Source: Acidobacteriota bacterium (GTDB lineage Bacteria; Acidobacteriota; Thermoanaerobaculia; Multivoradales; J023). Taken from it: DNA of 64,000 nucleotides. Of this stretch, positions 1 through 9,503 are shown one piece after another. The notes beneath the pieces were generated by a model, which saw only the letters and a list, made by a program, of their open reading frames with translations, was not told where the DNA came from and did not search any database. Numbering within the stretch: the first letter of the stretch is position 1; each line of letters starts with the position of its first letter. The position numbers and the translations under genes were made by a program. The stretch covers positions 11,117 through 75,116 of the forward strand of contig JBCCVZ010000001.1 of assembly GCA_039194425.1 (NCBI GenBank). The letters are read 5' to 3'.

Positions 1-1
1 C

Positions 2-3000
2 GTCGCCTGCCTCCTTGTTGTCGGAGCCACCGGCGCGCAGCCCGCCGCCGACAGCACCGACAGCGGCCAGCGCCTGCTGCTCTATCCCGACATCCACCGC
101 GACTTCGTCGTCTTCGTGCACGACGAAGACATCTGGCGCGCACCGAGCGCCGGCGGTACGGCTCGTCGCCTCACTTCGCACGACGGGCTCGAGATCTTTC
201 CCAAGATTTCGCCCGACGGCCGCTGGATCGCCTTCTCGGCCGAGTACAGCGGCTCGCGCCAGATCTGGGTGATGCCGTCCGAGGGCGGTACCCCGCGCCA
301 GCTCACCTTCTACACCGATGTCGGCGCGCTTCCGCCGCGCGGCGGCTGGGACGGCTGGGTGCTCGGCTGGACGCCGGACGGCGAGATCCTGGCGCGGCTG
401 AACCGAACGCCCTTCGGCGAGCGCATGGGACGCTACTTCCGCATCGACCCCGAGGGCGGCCTCGAGACGCCGCTGCCGCTGCCGCACGGCGGCTCGGCCT
501 CGTTCTCCGCCGACGGCACGGCCCTCGCCTATACGCCGATCGACCGCGAGTTCCGCACCTGGAAACGCTCGTTCGGCGGACGCGCCCAGGATCTCTGGAT
601 CTACGATCTCGAGGCCGAGCGCTCGCAGCGCCTGACCGGCTTCCGCGGCACCGACAACTTCCCGATGTGGCACGGCGACACGATCTACTTCCTGTCCGAC
701 CGCGACTACACACTCGAGCTCTTCGCCCTCGACGCCGGAATCGCCCGCGCCGCCGCCGACGGCAGTGGCGCCGACCTCGAGCCCGGGGCCGCGGCGTCCG
801 AAAAGAGCGTGCGCCAGGTGACGGACTTCGACGTCTGGGACGTCCTGTGGCCGAGCCAGGGCCCCGAGAGCATCGTCTTCACCGCTGGCGGCGATCTCTA
901 TCGCCTGGACCTCGACGACGAAACCACGTCGCGGATCGACGTGGCGATCCACGACGATCGCCCGCACGCCGCGCCGCGTTTCGAGACCGTGTCGGACAAC
1001 ATCGACTCGGCCACCCTGTCGCCGCAGGGCCACCGCATCGTCTTCGACGCCCGCGGCGAGCTCTTCTCGGTGCCTGCCGAAAAGGGACCGACGCGCAATC
1101 TGTCGAAAACGCCGGCTGCGCGCGAGCACGAGCCCGCGTTCTCGCCCGACGGCCGCTGGCTCGCCTACCTCTCGGACGCCAGCGGCGAGTACGAGATCTA
1201 CCTGCGTCCAACCGACGGCTCGAGCGCGCCGCGCCAGCTCACCAACGACGCCTCGGTGTGGCGCTTCGCGCCGGAGTGGAGCCCCGACTCCTCCACGCTC
1301 GCGTTCAGCGATCGCAAGCGGCGGCTCTTCGTGATCGACGTCGAGAGCGGCGAGCAGACCCTGGTCGACCGCAGCTTCCGCGGCGACTTCACGGTCTATG
1401 TGTTCTCGCCCGACAGCCGCTGGCTCGCCTACGAGCGCACGCGCGAAGACACGCGCATGACCGGCATCTCGCTCTTCTCCCTCGACTCGGGCGAAGTGAC
1501 CCGCTTCGGCGACGGCCAGGCCAACGACTACTCGCCGGCCTGGAGTGCCGACGGAACGCACTTGATCTATCTCTCGGATCGCGACTTCAACCTGCGCTTC
1601 AGCGCCTTCGAGTTCAACTACGTCTACGACCGGGCGACCCGTCTCTACGCCACGATGCTCGACCCCGCGGCGGACCCGATGGTGCCGCTCGAGAGCGACG
1701 AAGTAGCGGCCACCAAGGAGTCCGACGACGCGGCATCCGCAGAGGGCGCTTCCGACACTCCGTCGACCGAGACCGGGCCGACCGTGCGCCTCGTCACCGA
1801 CGGCCTCGAGGCCCGCACCATCGCGCTGCCTGGCGTCGAGCCGGCGGCCTACACCGGCGTCCGCGCCACAGCCGACGCGGTCTACCTCGCGCGCTTCGGT
1901 GACGGCGCGCCGTCGCTCCATCGCTACGACTTGGCGAAGCACGAGCTGTCGCAGCTGGCGCCGGCGATCACCGACTACGAGCTCTCGGCCGACGGCTCGA
2001 AGCTGCTCTACCAGTCCGGTCCGAACTGGCACCTGATCCCGTCCGCCGGCAACGGCGGCAAAAGCAAGCCGCTCGATCTCTCAGCGCTGCGCGTCAAGCT
2101 CGACCCGCGCGTCGAGTGGCGCCAGATCTTCGACGACGGCTGGCGCATCTCGCGCGACTTCTTCTACGACGAAGCCATGCACGGCATGGACTGGCAGGCG
2201 ATCGGCGAACGCTACCGTTCGCTGCTGCCACGCATCGCCCATCGCTCTGAGCTCGACTTCCTGTTCGGCGAAATGGTCGGCGAGCTCGGCGCGGGGCACA
2301 CCTACGTCCAGCCCGGTGAGAGCGACTCCGTCGAGCGGGTCGAAGGCGGCATGCTCGGCGCCGAGTTCGAAGCCGACGATGAGGCCGGCGTCTACCGCAT
2401 CGCGCGCATCTACGACGGCGAGAACTGGCACGACAACTACCGCTCGCCGCTCACCGAGCCGGGGATCGTGGTCGCCGAGGGCGACTACTTGCTGGCGATC
2501 GACGGCGAGAGCCTGTCGACCGACGACAACCCCTATCGCCTGCTCGAAGGCAAGGCGAACACCCAGGTGACGCTGACGATCAACGACCGGCCGAGCGCCG
2601 ACGGCGCGCGCGAGGTGATCGTGCGGCCGACCGGGAGCGAGCTGAATCTGCGCTACATCGACTGGGTCAAGAGCCGCCTGCGCCTGGTCGACGAGCTCTC
2701 GGACGGCCGGGTCGGCTACATCCACCTGCCGAACACCGCGATCGACGGCAACCGCATGCTGCAGAAGATGTTCTACGCCCAGTCGAACAAGGAGGCGCTG
2801 ATCATCGACGACCGCTACAACGGCGGCGGCTTCATCCCCGACCGCATGATCGAGTACTTCGATCGTCCTCGCCTCGCCTACTGGGCGATGCGTGACATCG
2901 ACAGCATGCGTACGCCGGGCTTCACCCACATCGGTCCGAAAGCGATGCTGATGAACGGCTACTCGTCGTCCGGCGGCGACGCGCTGCCCTATTTCTTCCG

Positions 3001-3355
3001 CCAGCTCGGTCTCGGCAAGCTGGTCGGAACCCGCACCTGGGGCGGACTGATCGGCCTCAACGGCAACCCGGCGTTCGCCGACGGCGGCGCGGTGATCTTG
3101 CCGACCTTCCGCATCTACGACGACGCGGGTGAGTGGGTGGTCGAGAATGAGGGCGTCGAGCCGGACGTCGAGGTCTTCGACCTGCCGGAAGAGCTCGCGC
3201 AGGGCGGCGATCCGTCGATCGAGGCGGCGGTCGAGCTGCTGCTCGACGAGCTCGAGGCCAATCCGGTGACTCTGCCGACGCGCCCCGAGCCGCCCGATCT
3301 GTCGCGCGCCGCGACACCGCGCTGCGCCGCGTCGCCCTCGGACAGGCTCCAATGA
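2..3355 (+). CDS. Tricorn-type protease (WD40/beta-propeller + PDZ + S41 peptidase), 5' partial; the frame is open back to the window start
   Basis: The translation shows the repeated PDG/SPDG beta-propeller motif and a C-terminal S41 tail-specific-protease region (GEMVGELGAGHTYV, LIIDDRYNGGG). There is no stop upstream of the GTG at 116 in the same frame. Confidence 0.8.
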   Translation, partial: VACLLVVGATGAQPAADSTDSGQRLLLYPDIHRDFVVFVHDEDIWRAPSAGGTARRLTSHDGLEIFPKISPDGRWIAFSAEYSGSRQIWVMPSEGGTPRQLTFYTDVGALPPRGGWDGWVLGWTPDGEILARLNRTPFGERMGRYFRIDPEGGLETPLPLPHGGSASFSADGTALAYTPIDREFRTWKRSFGGRAQDLWIYDLEAERSQRLTGFRGTDNFPMWHGDTIYFLSDRDYTLELFALDAGIARAAADGSGADLEPGAAASEKSVRQVTDFDVWDVLWPSQGPESIVFTAGGDLYRLDLDDETTSRIDVAIHDDRPHAAPRFETVSDNIDSATLSPQGHRIVFDARGELFSVPAEKGPTRNLSKTPAAREHEPAFSPDGRWLAYLSDASGEYEIYLRPTDGSSAPRQLTNDASVWRFAPEWSPDSSTLAFSDRKRRLFVIDVESGEQTLVDRSFRGDFTVYVFSPDSRWLAYERTREDTRMTGISLFSLDSGEVTRFGDGQANDYSPAWSADGTHLIYLSDRDFNLRFSAFEFNYVYDRATRLYATMLDPAADPMVPLESDEVAATKESDDAASAEGASDTPSTETGPTVRLVTDGLEARTIALPGVEPAAYTGVRATADAVYLARFGDGAPSLHRYDLAKHELSQLAPAITDYELSADGSKLLYQSGPNWHLIPSAGNGGKSKPLDLSALRVKLDPRVEWRQIFDDGWRISRDFFYDEAMHGMDWQAIGERYRSLLPRIAHRSELDFLFGEMVGELGAGHTYVQPGESDSVERVEGGMLGAEFEADDEAGVYRIARIYDGENWHDNYRSPLTEPGIVVAEGDYLLAIDGESLSTDDNPYRLLEGKANTQVTLTINDRPSADGAREVIVRPTGSELNLRYIDWVKSRLRLVDELSDGRVGYIHLPNTAIDGNRMLQKMFYAQSNKEALIIDDRYNGGGFIPDRMIEYFDRPRLAYWAMRDIDSMRTPGFTHIGPKAMLMNGYSSSGGDALPYFFRQLGLGKLVGTRTWGGLIGLNGNPAFADGGAVILPTFRIYDDAGEWVVENEGVEPDVEVFDLPEELAQGGDPSIEAAVELLLDELEANPVTLPTRPEPPDLSRAATPRCAASPSDRLQ

Positions 3356-3431
3356 AAACGCCCGCCCGTCGGCCGACGGGCGGGCGTTCCTTCGCGTCGG
3401 CGTCGCGCAGCGCCGACCGAGCGACGAGTCG

Positions 3432-4463
3432 TCAGTTCCCTGGGAACGAGCCGACATCGCCGAAGCTGGCGAACTCACCCAGCGGGTTGACGAAGGTGCG
3501 GGTGGTGCCCGTCTGCGTGTCGGTGACGACGATCTCGTAGCCGACATTCGACAGTGAGCCGTAGAAGACCCAGAAGTTGCCGTTGACGCCGAGGCCGTCG
3601 AGCACCTTGATCACCAGCTCCACGTTCTCCTCGTTGAAGAAGTAGAAGTAGCCGGTGTCGTCGGTGAGACCCTGCTGCAGGCCGACGCCGGTGTTGCTGT
3701 CGAAGTCCTCCCACGTGGAGTCGACGCGGAACCGACCGTCCTGGAGGTACAGGGTGCGATCGGCGGCGCCCTGGGCGAGCAGACCCTTGGCGTACGCGGT
3801 GTAGATCTCCCCGGCATCGAGGTCGAGGGTCGGCAGGTTGAGCGCCACGATGTCCGTGCCGGCGACGCGAATCTGCAGATCATAGGAGCCGGCGGGCACC
3901 TCGAGGTAGCCCGAGGCGTTCGGGAAGGTGAGGCCCGGAACCAAGACGGTACCGTCCGTGAGCGTGATGTCGACTGCCGGTGCGTCGGGCGAGCCGTGGA
4001 ACACGCGCACCTTCGCGTTGCCCGCCGCCGGAGGCATCGCGGTCTCGTCGACCAAGACGGTGGGCGCGATCTCCGCCAGCGTGCCGCGCGCGATCACCGT
4101 GTAATAGGTGTCGCCGGCCAGCGTGAGATCGGCTTCGATGACCGTCGTCGCCGTGCCTGCCGCATTGACCTTCACGTTGTAGGTGCCCGGAGGCGCCGCA
4201 AGGTAGTCGGACACTGTGAAGAACGGCACGCCTGCGAGCGCGACCGCGTCGTCGATCAAGATGTCGACGCTCGGAGCGTCCGGCGAGTTGTGGACGACGC
4301 GGAAGCGCGCCAGGCCATCACCATCGACCGTGTCATCGTTGCTCAGGCCGACATCGAGAGGAGTCTGTGCCTGGACGGAGCCGGCCAGGGTGAACGTCAG
4401 AAGCGCGGCGACGACGAGAACGAGAGCGGAACGAAGGCGCGAGGTTTCGGTGGATTGCAGCAT
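3432..4463 (-). CDS. Secreted DUF4397-repeat protein
   Basis: N-terminal signal peptide (LVLVVAALLTFTLAGSVQA). Three repeats of the VRVVHxSPDAPxVDI...Y motif typical of DUF4397. Confidence 0.6.
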   Translation of the reverse strand: MLQSTETSRLRSALVLVVAALLTFTLAGSVQAQTPLDVGLSNDDTVDGDGLARFRVVHNSPDAPSVDILIDDAVALAGVPFFTVSDYLAAPPGTYNVKVNAAGTATTVIEADLTLAGDTYYTVIARGTLAEIAPTVLVDETAMPPAAGNAKVRVFHGSPDAPAVDITLTDGTVLVPGLTFPNASGYLEVPAGSYDLQIRVAGTDIVALNLPTLDLDAGEIYTAYAKGLLAQGAADRTLYLQDGRFRVDSTWEDFDSNTGVGLQQGLTDDTGYFYFFNEENVELVIKVLDGLGVNGNFWVFYGSLSNVGYEIVVTDTQTGTTRTFVNPLGEFASFGDVGSFPGN

Positions 4464-4973
4464 GAGTTCCTCCAGAGCTGAGGGCTGGGCGCACCTCCAC
4501 CGTGCGCTCGGGAGCGAGCGCGCGACGAGGTGGGCGGATCTTCGAGGGGGAGTGGGCCGCCCGCCGCGACGGCGATGCGAACCGGAAGAGAAGGAACGAT
4601 CGCGGGAGGATCGAATCGATCAACGCCAGCAGCGTTGTCGTCGTGGGTTTCGTCCCATTGCCCCCTTTGGATGCTACAGAAACATGGAAATCGCTGATTT
4701 ACCCAATCTTGATGCTAAGAGGCCATCAACAAGCCCGAAGCCCTTCCTCTGAGCCCGGCCGCAAGAAGCCGACGGACCCATCGACGCCCGCTCGAGGCGC
4801 CTGGCCATCGGCCCTGCGAGCGCACTAGCGCCGCCACCACGCGTCACTCGCGTGCGAGGCAGGTCAGCGGCCCGCGCCAACTGACTGCGTCAGCCGACTG
4901 CGTCAGCCGACTGCGTCAGCCGGACGAACGCGTCTGTTGCTCACAGCCCGCCGCTACTCACAGCCCACCGAGG

Positions 4974-5843
4974 TCAGCCGACCTGGGCGAGGGTCACGAT
5001 ACGCTCGCGGCTCGACACCATCACGCCGCCCGGTGGCTCGACGGTGACCGCGAACAGCGCCGGCTCGCGGACCGGGAGAGTGGCCCGAATCGGAACCAGT
5101 ATCGCCCCATCGGCCGACAGCTCCGCCTCGCGGATATCGAACACCCCACCGTCGATCGGGTAGCGATCGTCGCGCGTGGCGTCGAAGATCCAGAGCTGGT
5201 ACTGGAGCTCGCCCGGGTCGTTCACCGGCAGGCCCTGGAAGCGCATGAAGCCGCGCTGCCGCGCCGTGCTCCAAACCACGTCGCCGCGGACTCCGGCCGC
5301 CGCCTCGTCGTCGGTCGCGGTCCACTCGAGGGTCACGACATCGTCGGCCGCCAGCAGCAGATCGCGCTTCTCGTCCAGGCTGGCCAACCGAACCGGCTCG
5401 ACATCCACCGGGCCGACTCCCGGACGCGCCCAGCCAAGCACGGCAGCCACCAGCGCCGCGGCCGCCAAGAGCCAGGGCAACCAGGGTCCTCGCGCCTCCT
5501 GGGACTGGCTCGTCTCAGGCTGCCCCGCGTCGTTCGCGATCGGCGACGGAAGGCCGGATCGATCCTCGCCGGCGCGCCGAAACTCGAGAACGCCGGCGGT
5601 GCCATTGCCGCGAATCCATGCCGAACCCTGCGTTTCGATCTGCGCGCGCAGACTCGCGGGCAGCGGCTCGATCTCGTCGAAACAAGCGATGTCGGTCGCC
5701 GCCGCCGCGAGCTCGAGAGCCTCGCTGCCGCGGCTGCCGTGCTCGGCGATCAGGGCGTCGAGCTCGGCGCGTGCCGCGATTCCCAAGCCGCTCGTGAAGC
5801 GCTCGGCCTGAAGGTCCATGATGCGCTCTGCCGCAGAGCTCAT
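4974..5843 (-). CDS. Anti-sigma factor (RskA-like, single TM)
   Basis: Sits immediately downstream of, and overlaps by 4 nt, the ECF sigma gene. Has a central TM helix (WLPWLLAAAALVAAVLGW) and an N-terminal helical anti-sigma domain. Confidence 0.6.
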   Translation of the reverse strand: MSSAAERIMDLQAERFTSGLGIAARAELDALIAEHGSRGSEALELAAAATDIACFDEIEPLPASLRAQIETQGSAWIRGNGTAGVLEFRRAGEDRSGLPSPIANDAGQPETSQSQEARGPWLPWLLAAAALVAAVLGWARPGVGPVDVEPVRLASLDEKRDLLLAADDVVTLEWTATDDEAAAGVRGDVVWSTARQRGFMRFQGLPVNDPGELQYQLWIFDATRDDRYPIDGGVFDIREAELSADGAILVPIRATLPVREPALFAVTVEPPGGVMVSSRERIVTLAQVG

Positions 5844-6400
5844 GCCTCAGCTCCCGACAGAGTCGCGTTCGGAGGAGTTTCGAGTCGTTCCTTCACGCGC
5901 TGCAGGCCGCGTCGGATGTACGTCTTCACCGTTCCGAGCGGTATGCCAGTGTGCTCCGCGATCTGACCGTGCGACATGCCGTGGTAGGTGGAGAGCAGCA
6001 GAACGCGCCGTTCCTTGGGCTTCAGCTCGGCGAGAGCCTTCGAGGCGAGCGACACTTCGACCACCGCCTCGAGCTGCCGATGCTCGTTGTCGGCCACGTC
6101 GTGCAGCTCTGGAATCATGACCTGTGTCGACGGCCGGCGCTGCTCACGGCGCAGGCGATCGATCAGTCGCCGCCGCGTGATCATGGCGATGAACGCCGTC
6201 TCGGACGCCTTCGACGGATCGAAGCGTTCGGCGCTCTTCCACAAGTCGATGAAGATTTCTTGCACGATGTCTTCCGCATCCTGCTGTGCCAGACCTTTTT
6301 TGCGCGCCATCGACCAGATCAGGCCGCCGTACGCGTCGATGCAATCTTGGACCGCGGTCGCGTCGCCCTGGGCGACACGCTTGAGAATCGATTCCTCCAT
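5840..6400 (-). CDS. ECF (sigma-70 family) RNA polymerase sigma factor
   Basis: Region 2 (DAEDIVQEIFIDLW) and region 4 HTH (HGMSHGQIAEHTGIPLGTVKTYIRRG) are readable in the translation. Confidence 0.85.
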   Translation of the reverse strand: MEESILKRVAQGDATAVQDCIDAYGGLIWSMARKKGLAQQDAEDIVQEIFIDLWKSAERFDPSKASETAFIAMITRRRLIDRLRREQRRPSTQVMIPELHDVADNEHRQLEAVVEVSLASKALAELKPKERRVLLLSTYHGMSHGQIAEHTGIPLGTVKTYIRRGLQRVKERLETPPNATLSGAEA

Positions 6401-6550
6401 AAGGTCCTCGCCTCGTGGCTCCTCTTGCCGTCAGATGCGGATGTCGTCTCGGTCGGTGTGCGCGGGAACAGACCGCATCATAGCGTGTTTCAACAGCAGT
6501 CCAGGGAAAAGGAGCAAGGAATCGTCGGGCCGGGAAGGCGCCGAGTCGGC

Positions 6551-7549
6551 TCACGCATGCCAGTCGGTGTGCGCTTGCTTGTTCTCGATCATCCATCCAT
6601 GCATCATTTCGCGGTAGGTCCGGCTCTGGATGTCGTTGTCGCGGTAGAACGGATGCAGCTTGCGATTGAGATCAGTGAGATTGTAAAACGGGACGCGCTG
6701 GTAGAAGTGGTGCTCGGCGTGGAAGTTCGACCACAGGAAGAGCGTGTGCCAGATGCGGTTGCCATCGACTCGGGTGCTCCATTTCGCCGGATCGCTCGGG
6801 TCGATGTCGTAGTGCTGACCGAGCCGGTTGAGCACGAAGGCCGGCGGGAAGCAGAAGAAGAACGGCACGATGTAGACCCGCAGCAACACCCAGCCGCCGC
6901 CGACGGCGAAGATGCCGCCCGCCACCGCGAGATGCACGAGTGCGGTGAAGATGCGCTCTCCGCGGATACGACTCTGCACGGGCTCCGGATATGTCGCGGC
7001 CTCCTTGCGCGAGGCGCGCGCGTAGATCACGAAGAGTGCCGGCGTCATGTAGAGCATCTTGAGCCAGCGCGAGTTCTTCTTCGGTGACAGGTGCGCGCGC
7101 TTGGGATCGTGCTCGTCGTGGCCGAGCTCGTTGTGATGGTCGATGTGCCAGCGCTCGAACTGGCTGATCGAGATGCCGGTCGGCAGGGCGTACAGCAGGC
7201 CGAGGATGCGCTCGAGAAGGGGACGGCTCTTGGCGAAGATCACCTTGTGCACCTGTTCGTGCACGAGAATCAGGAACCCCAGGCAGTTGAATCCCTGGAG
7301 CATCGCGGCGATCGGCCAAATCCACGGCCAGCGGCTTTGCCAGAGCAGAGCGGCACAGGCGAAGAAGACGGCGACATGCCGCCCGGCGACCAGAAAGTGG
7401 CGCCGCGCGTCGACCTTGTGCAGGTCGCGCAGCTCGTCGCGCGGAATCGCGACTCCGAGGCGCCGCTTCAGGTCACCGAGATGCTTGTAGTAGTACCGTT
7501 GCTTGAGCGGCGCGTCGCCGGGTGGGGCAGCGTGGGCGCTGGAGGTCAT
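6551..7549 (-). CDS. Membrane fatty acid desaturase
   Basis: Three His boxes (HEQVHK, HIDHHNELGH, HAEHHFYQ) and several TM segments. Confidence 0.85.
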   Translation of the reverse strand: MTSSAHAAPPGDAPLKQRYYYKHLGDLKRRLGVAIPRDELRDLHKVDARRHFLVAGRHVAVFFACAALLWQSRWPWIWPIAAMLQGFNCLGFLILVHEQVHKVIFAKSRPLLERILGLLYALPTGISISQFERWHIDHHNELGHDEHDPKRAHLSPKKNSRWLKMLYMTPALFVIYARASRKEAATYPEPVQSRIRGERIFTALVHLAVAGGIFAVGGGWVLLRVYIVPFFFCFPPAFVLNRLGQHYDIDPSDPAKWSTRVDGNRIWHTLFLWSNFHAEHHFYQRVPFYNLTDLNRKLHPFYRDNDIQSRTYREMMHGWMIENKQAHTDWHA

Positions 7550-7692
7550 GAGGTTCTCCGTGTCGATTCACAGGTCGGCGGGATCGCCGCCCACGATCCT
7601 GCGCGACGTTCGTCGACTGTGTGCCTCGATTTGGGAGCACTAGAATTTTTAGTCTAGAGACTGCTTGATTATCCAATCCTTGATACGCTCTA

Positions 7693-9372
7693 ATGTCTCT
7701 GATCAACACGACTATGCCATCGATTGCAACGACTAGCATGCCACCACCCGCACTTACCGACCACCCGCGCTCCCTGATCGGCGCGCCGTCCCTGCGCGGG
7801 CCGGCAGCCCACACGCATTCGCGCTTTCGTGGCAGCGCGGTCATCCCCTTTGACCAGGCCGGCGCGGCGCAGGTCGACGAGATGCTCGAGCAGGCGACCC
7901 ACGCAGGCCTCGAGATTCCGCGCCCGTTCCGGCTCGACGCGATCCAGGTCTTCTACTCGGCCGCGCCGTCGCGGGACTCGGAGATCGAAGAGGTCCGCGT
8001 CGCCGGCTGGGACGGGCGCGGTATCCCGTGGACGGCGCCCGGACGGCGCCCCTTGCTCGCCTGGCGCGGCGACGAGCCGACGCTCCTGCCGTCTGATCGC
8101 GGCCGGCGTCACTTCTCCGCTGTAGCCCTCGACGGCTCCCCGCCGATGCTCGCGCTGCTGTGGGACGTGACCGGGCTCGGCGCCAGCAGCGACGCCGCGA
8201 TTCCGGCGATTGTCCGAACGCCCTCGTCCGCGCTCTACGTGGCGCTGCGCAGCGAGCTCGCACGCGGCAGTGACATCGCGGACGAGTCGGCGGCCGGGCG
8301 TCTCGAGACCAGTCGCTGGACCGGTCGGCTCCGGCGTCGGGCCTCGGTGCCTGTCGACACCGCCGCTGATCCGAACAGCACGAGCTCCGACCTCGATGCC
8401 GACGTCCTCGACGCCACGCTGGCGCTCTGGCTGCAGCGCGCACGGAGCGACGAGCAGACCGTTGCGATCGAGATCGATGAGATTCTGCGCCTGCGCGGTC
8501 TGCAGCCGAAGCGCAACGCCGCCGGCCACGGCGCCGGCTTTCATCCGGCACAGCGACGCCGCATCGTCGAGGCGCTTGAACGCTTGCTGGCGCTCGAGCT
8601 GGTGCCCGACGCCCTGCCCGACGACCCGGACGAGTCGACGGTTCCGACCCGCGACGCGCCCCGCGGACCGGTCCTGATCTCCGCCGGTCGTCACGACCGT
8701 GACGCGAGCGACACGGTCTCCGCCATCGTCCTGCGCCCCGGTCCTCCGCTCCAACCGCTGCTCGGCCGCGGACGCCAGGTCGCCTGGATGGCGCGCCAGG
8801 TGCTCGCCTACGACCCCTACCGACGCAGCATCGAGAAACGCCTCGGCCGCTACCTCGCCTGGCAGTGGCGCATCCGCGCCCGCGCCGGCGACTACCTGCG
8901 TCCTCTGCGCGTCGACACCCTGCTCCGCGCCGTCGACCTCGACGCCGCCCTGTCCCGAGGCCGCCGTCCGGCGGTGGTGCGCGATCGGCTCGAGTCGGCG
9001 CTCGACCAGCTGGTCGACGACGCCGTGCTCGCCGCCTGGCACTACGAGCGTTGGCGCGAGCCCGCCACCGGCCGGCCGCGCTGGCTGGCGCACTGGCGCG
9101 AGGCGCCCGTCGTCCTGGAGCCGCCGCCCGAGATTCCCGACGCCTACCGCTCACTCGAGCGCCGTCGTCGCCGCGGCCCGCGCCCGGTGCCGTCGAGCCT
9201 CGGCCGACGCCTCGCCGTCCGCCGCCGCCGCGACGCTCTCACCCAGGCCGCCGTCGCCGCCCAGCTCGGCGTCTCCCGCGCCCACATAGCGGCCCTCGAA
9301 ACCGGCCGCCGAGCACCCTCCGCCACCCTCGCCGAACGCCTCGAAGCCTGGCTCGACTCCCCCTCGGCCTGA
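7693..9372 (+). CDS. Hypothetical protein with C-terminal XRE-family HTH
   Basis: ATG after an AT-rich promoter-like stretch (7560-7690). C-terminal LTQAAVAAQLGVSRAHIAALETGRRAPS HTH. No recognisable domain upstream of it. Confidence 0.5.
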   Translation: MSLINTTMPSIATTSMPPPALTDHPRSLIGAPSLRGPAAHTHSRFRGSAVIPFDQAGAAQVDEMLEQATHAGLEIPRPFRLDAIQVFYSAAPSRDSEIEEVRVAGWDGRGIPWTAPGRRPLLAWRGDEPTLLPSDRGRRHFSAVALDGSPPMLALLWDVTGLGASSDAAIPAIVRTPSSALYVALRSELARGSDIADESAAGRLETSRWTGRLRRRASVPVDTAADPNSTSSDLDADVLDATLALWLQRARSDEQTVAIEIDEILRLRGLQPKRNAAGHGAGFHPAQRRRIVEALERLLALELVPDALPDDPDESTVPTRDAPRGPVLISAGRHDRDASDTVSAIVLRPGPPLQPLLGRGRQVAWMARQVLAYDPYRRSIEKRLGRYLAWQWRIRARAGDYLRPLRVDTLLRAVDLDAALSRGRRPAVVRDRLESALDQLVDDAVLAAWHYERWREPATGRPRWLAHWREAPVVLEPPPEIPDAYRSLERRRRRGPRPVPSSLGRRLAVRRRRDALTQAAVAAQLGVSRAHIAALETGRRAPSATLAERLEAWLDSPSA

Positions 9373-9427
9373 TCGAGTGCCCGCGCTTGCCATCGCCGGC
9401 CCCTGGCGCTACAATCCCGCCCTCGGA

Positions 9428-9503
9428 GGGGCGGTAGCTCAGTTGGGAGAGCACCACGTTCGCATCGTGGGGGTCGAGGGTTCGAATCCCTTCCGCTCCA
9501 CCA
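9428..9503 (+). tRNA. tRNA-Ala (anticodon CGC)
   Basis: A 76-nt cloverleaf fits: acceptor GGGGCGG/CCGCTCC with the G3:U70 Ala identity pair. D-arm TAGCTCAGTTGGGAGAGC, anticodon loop TTCGCAT, T-loop TTCGAAT, 3' CCA. Confidence 0.85.

Noticed and set aside
667-1902. 411-aa ORF, plus many similar long ORFs (e.g. 7841-9154, 12524-13054, 14273-14779, 34945-36462, 41967-44297, 46228-47361, 50828-52192, 53458-54699) that translate to Arg/Pro/Ala/Gly-rich sequences
   Set aside because: These are high-GC shadow ORFs on the opposite strand or in alternate frames of clearly homologous genes (tricorn protease, TMP, tail proteins, portal). They have no domain signal.
4850-4930. Tandem tgcgtcagccgac(tgcgtcagccgac)tgcgtcagccg repeat (three 13-bp units)
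   Set aside because: It is a short intergenic microsatellite-like repeat beside the anti-sigma gene stop. I saw no functional context. Noted but not called as a feature.
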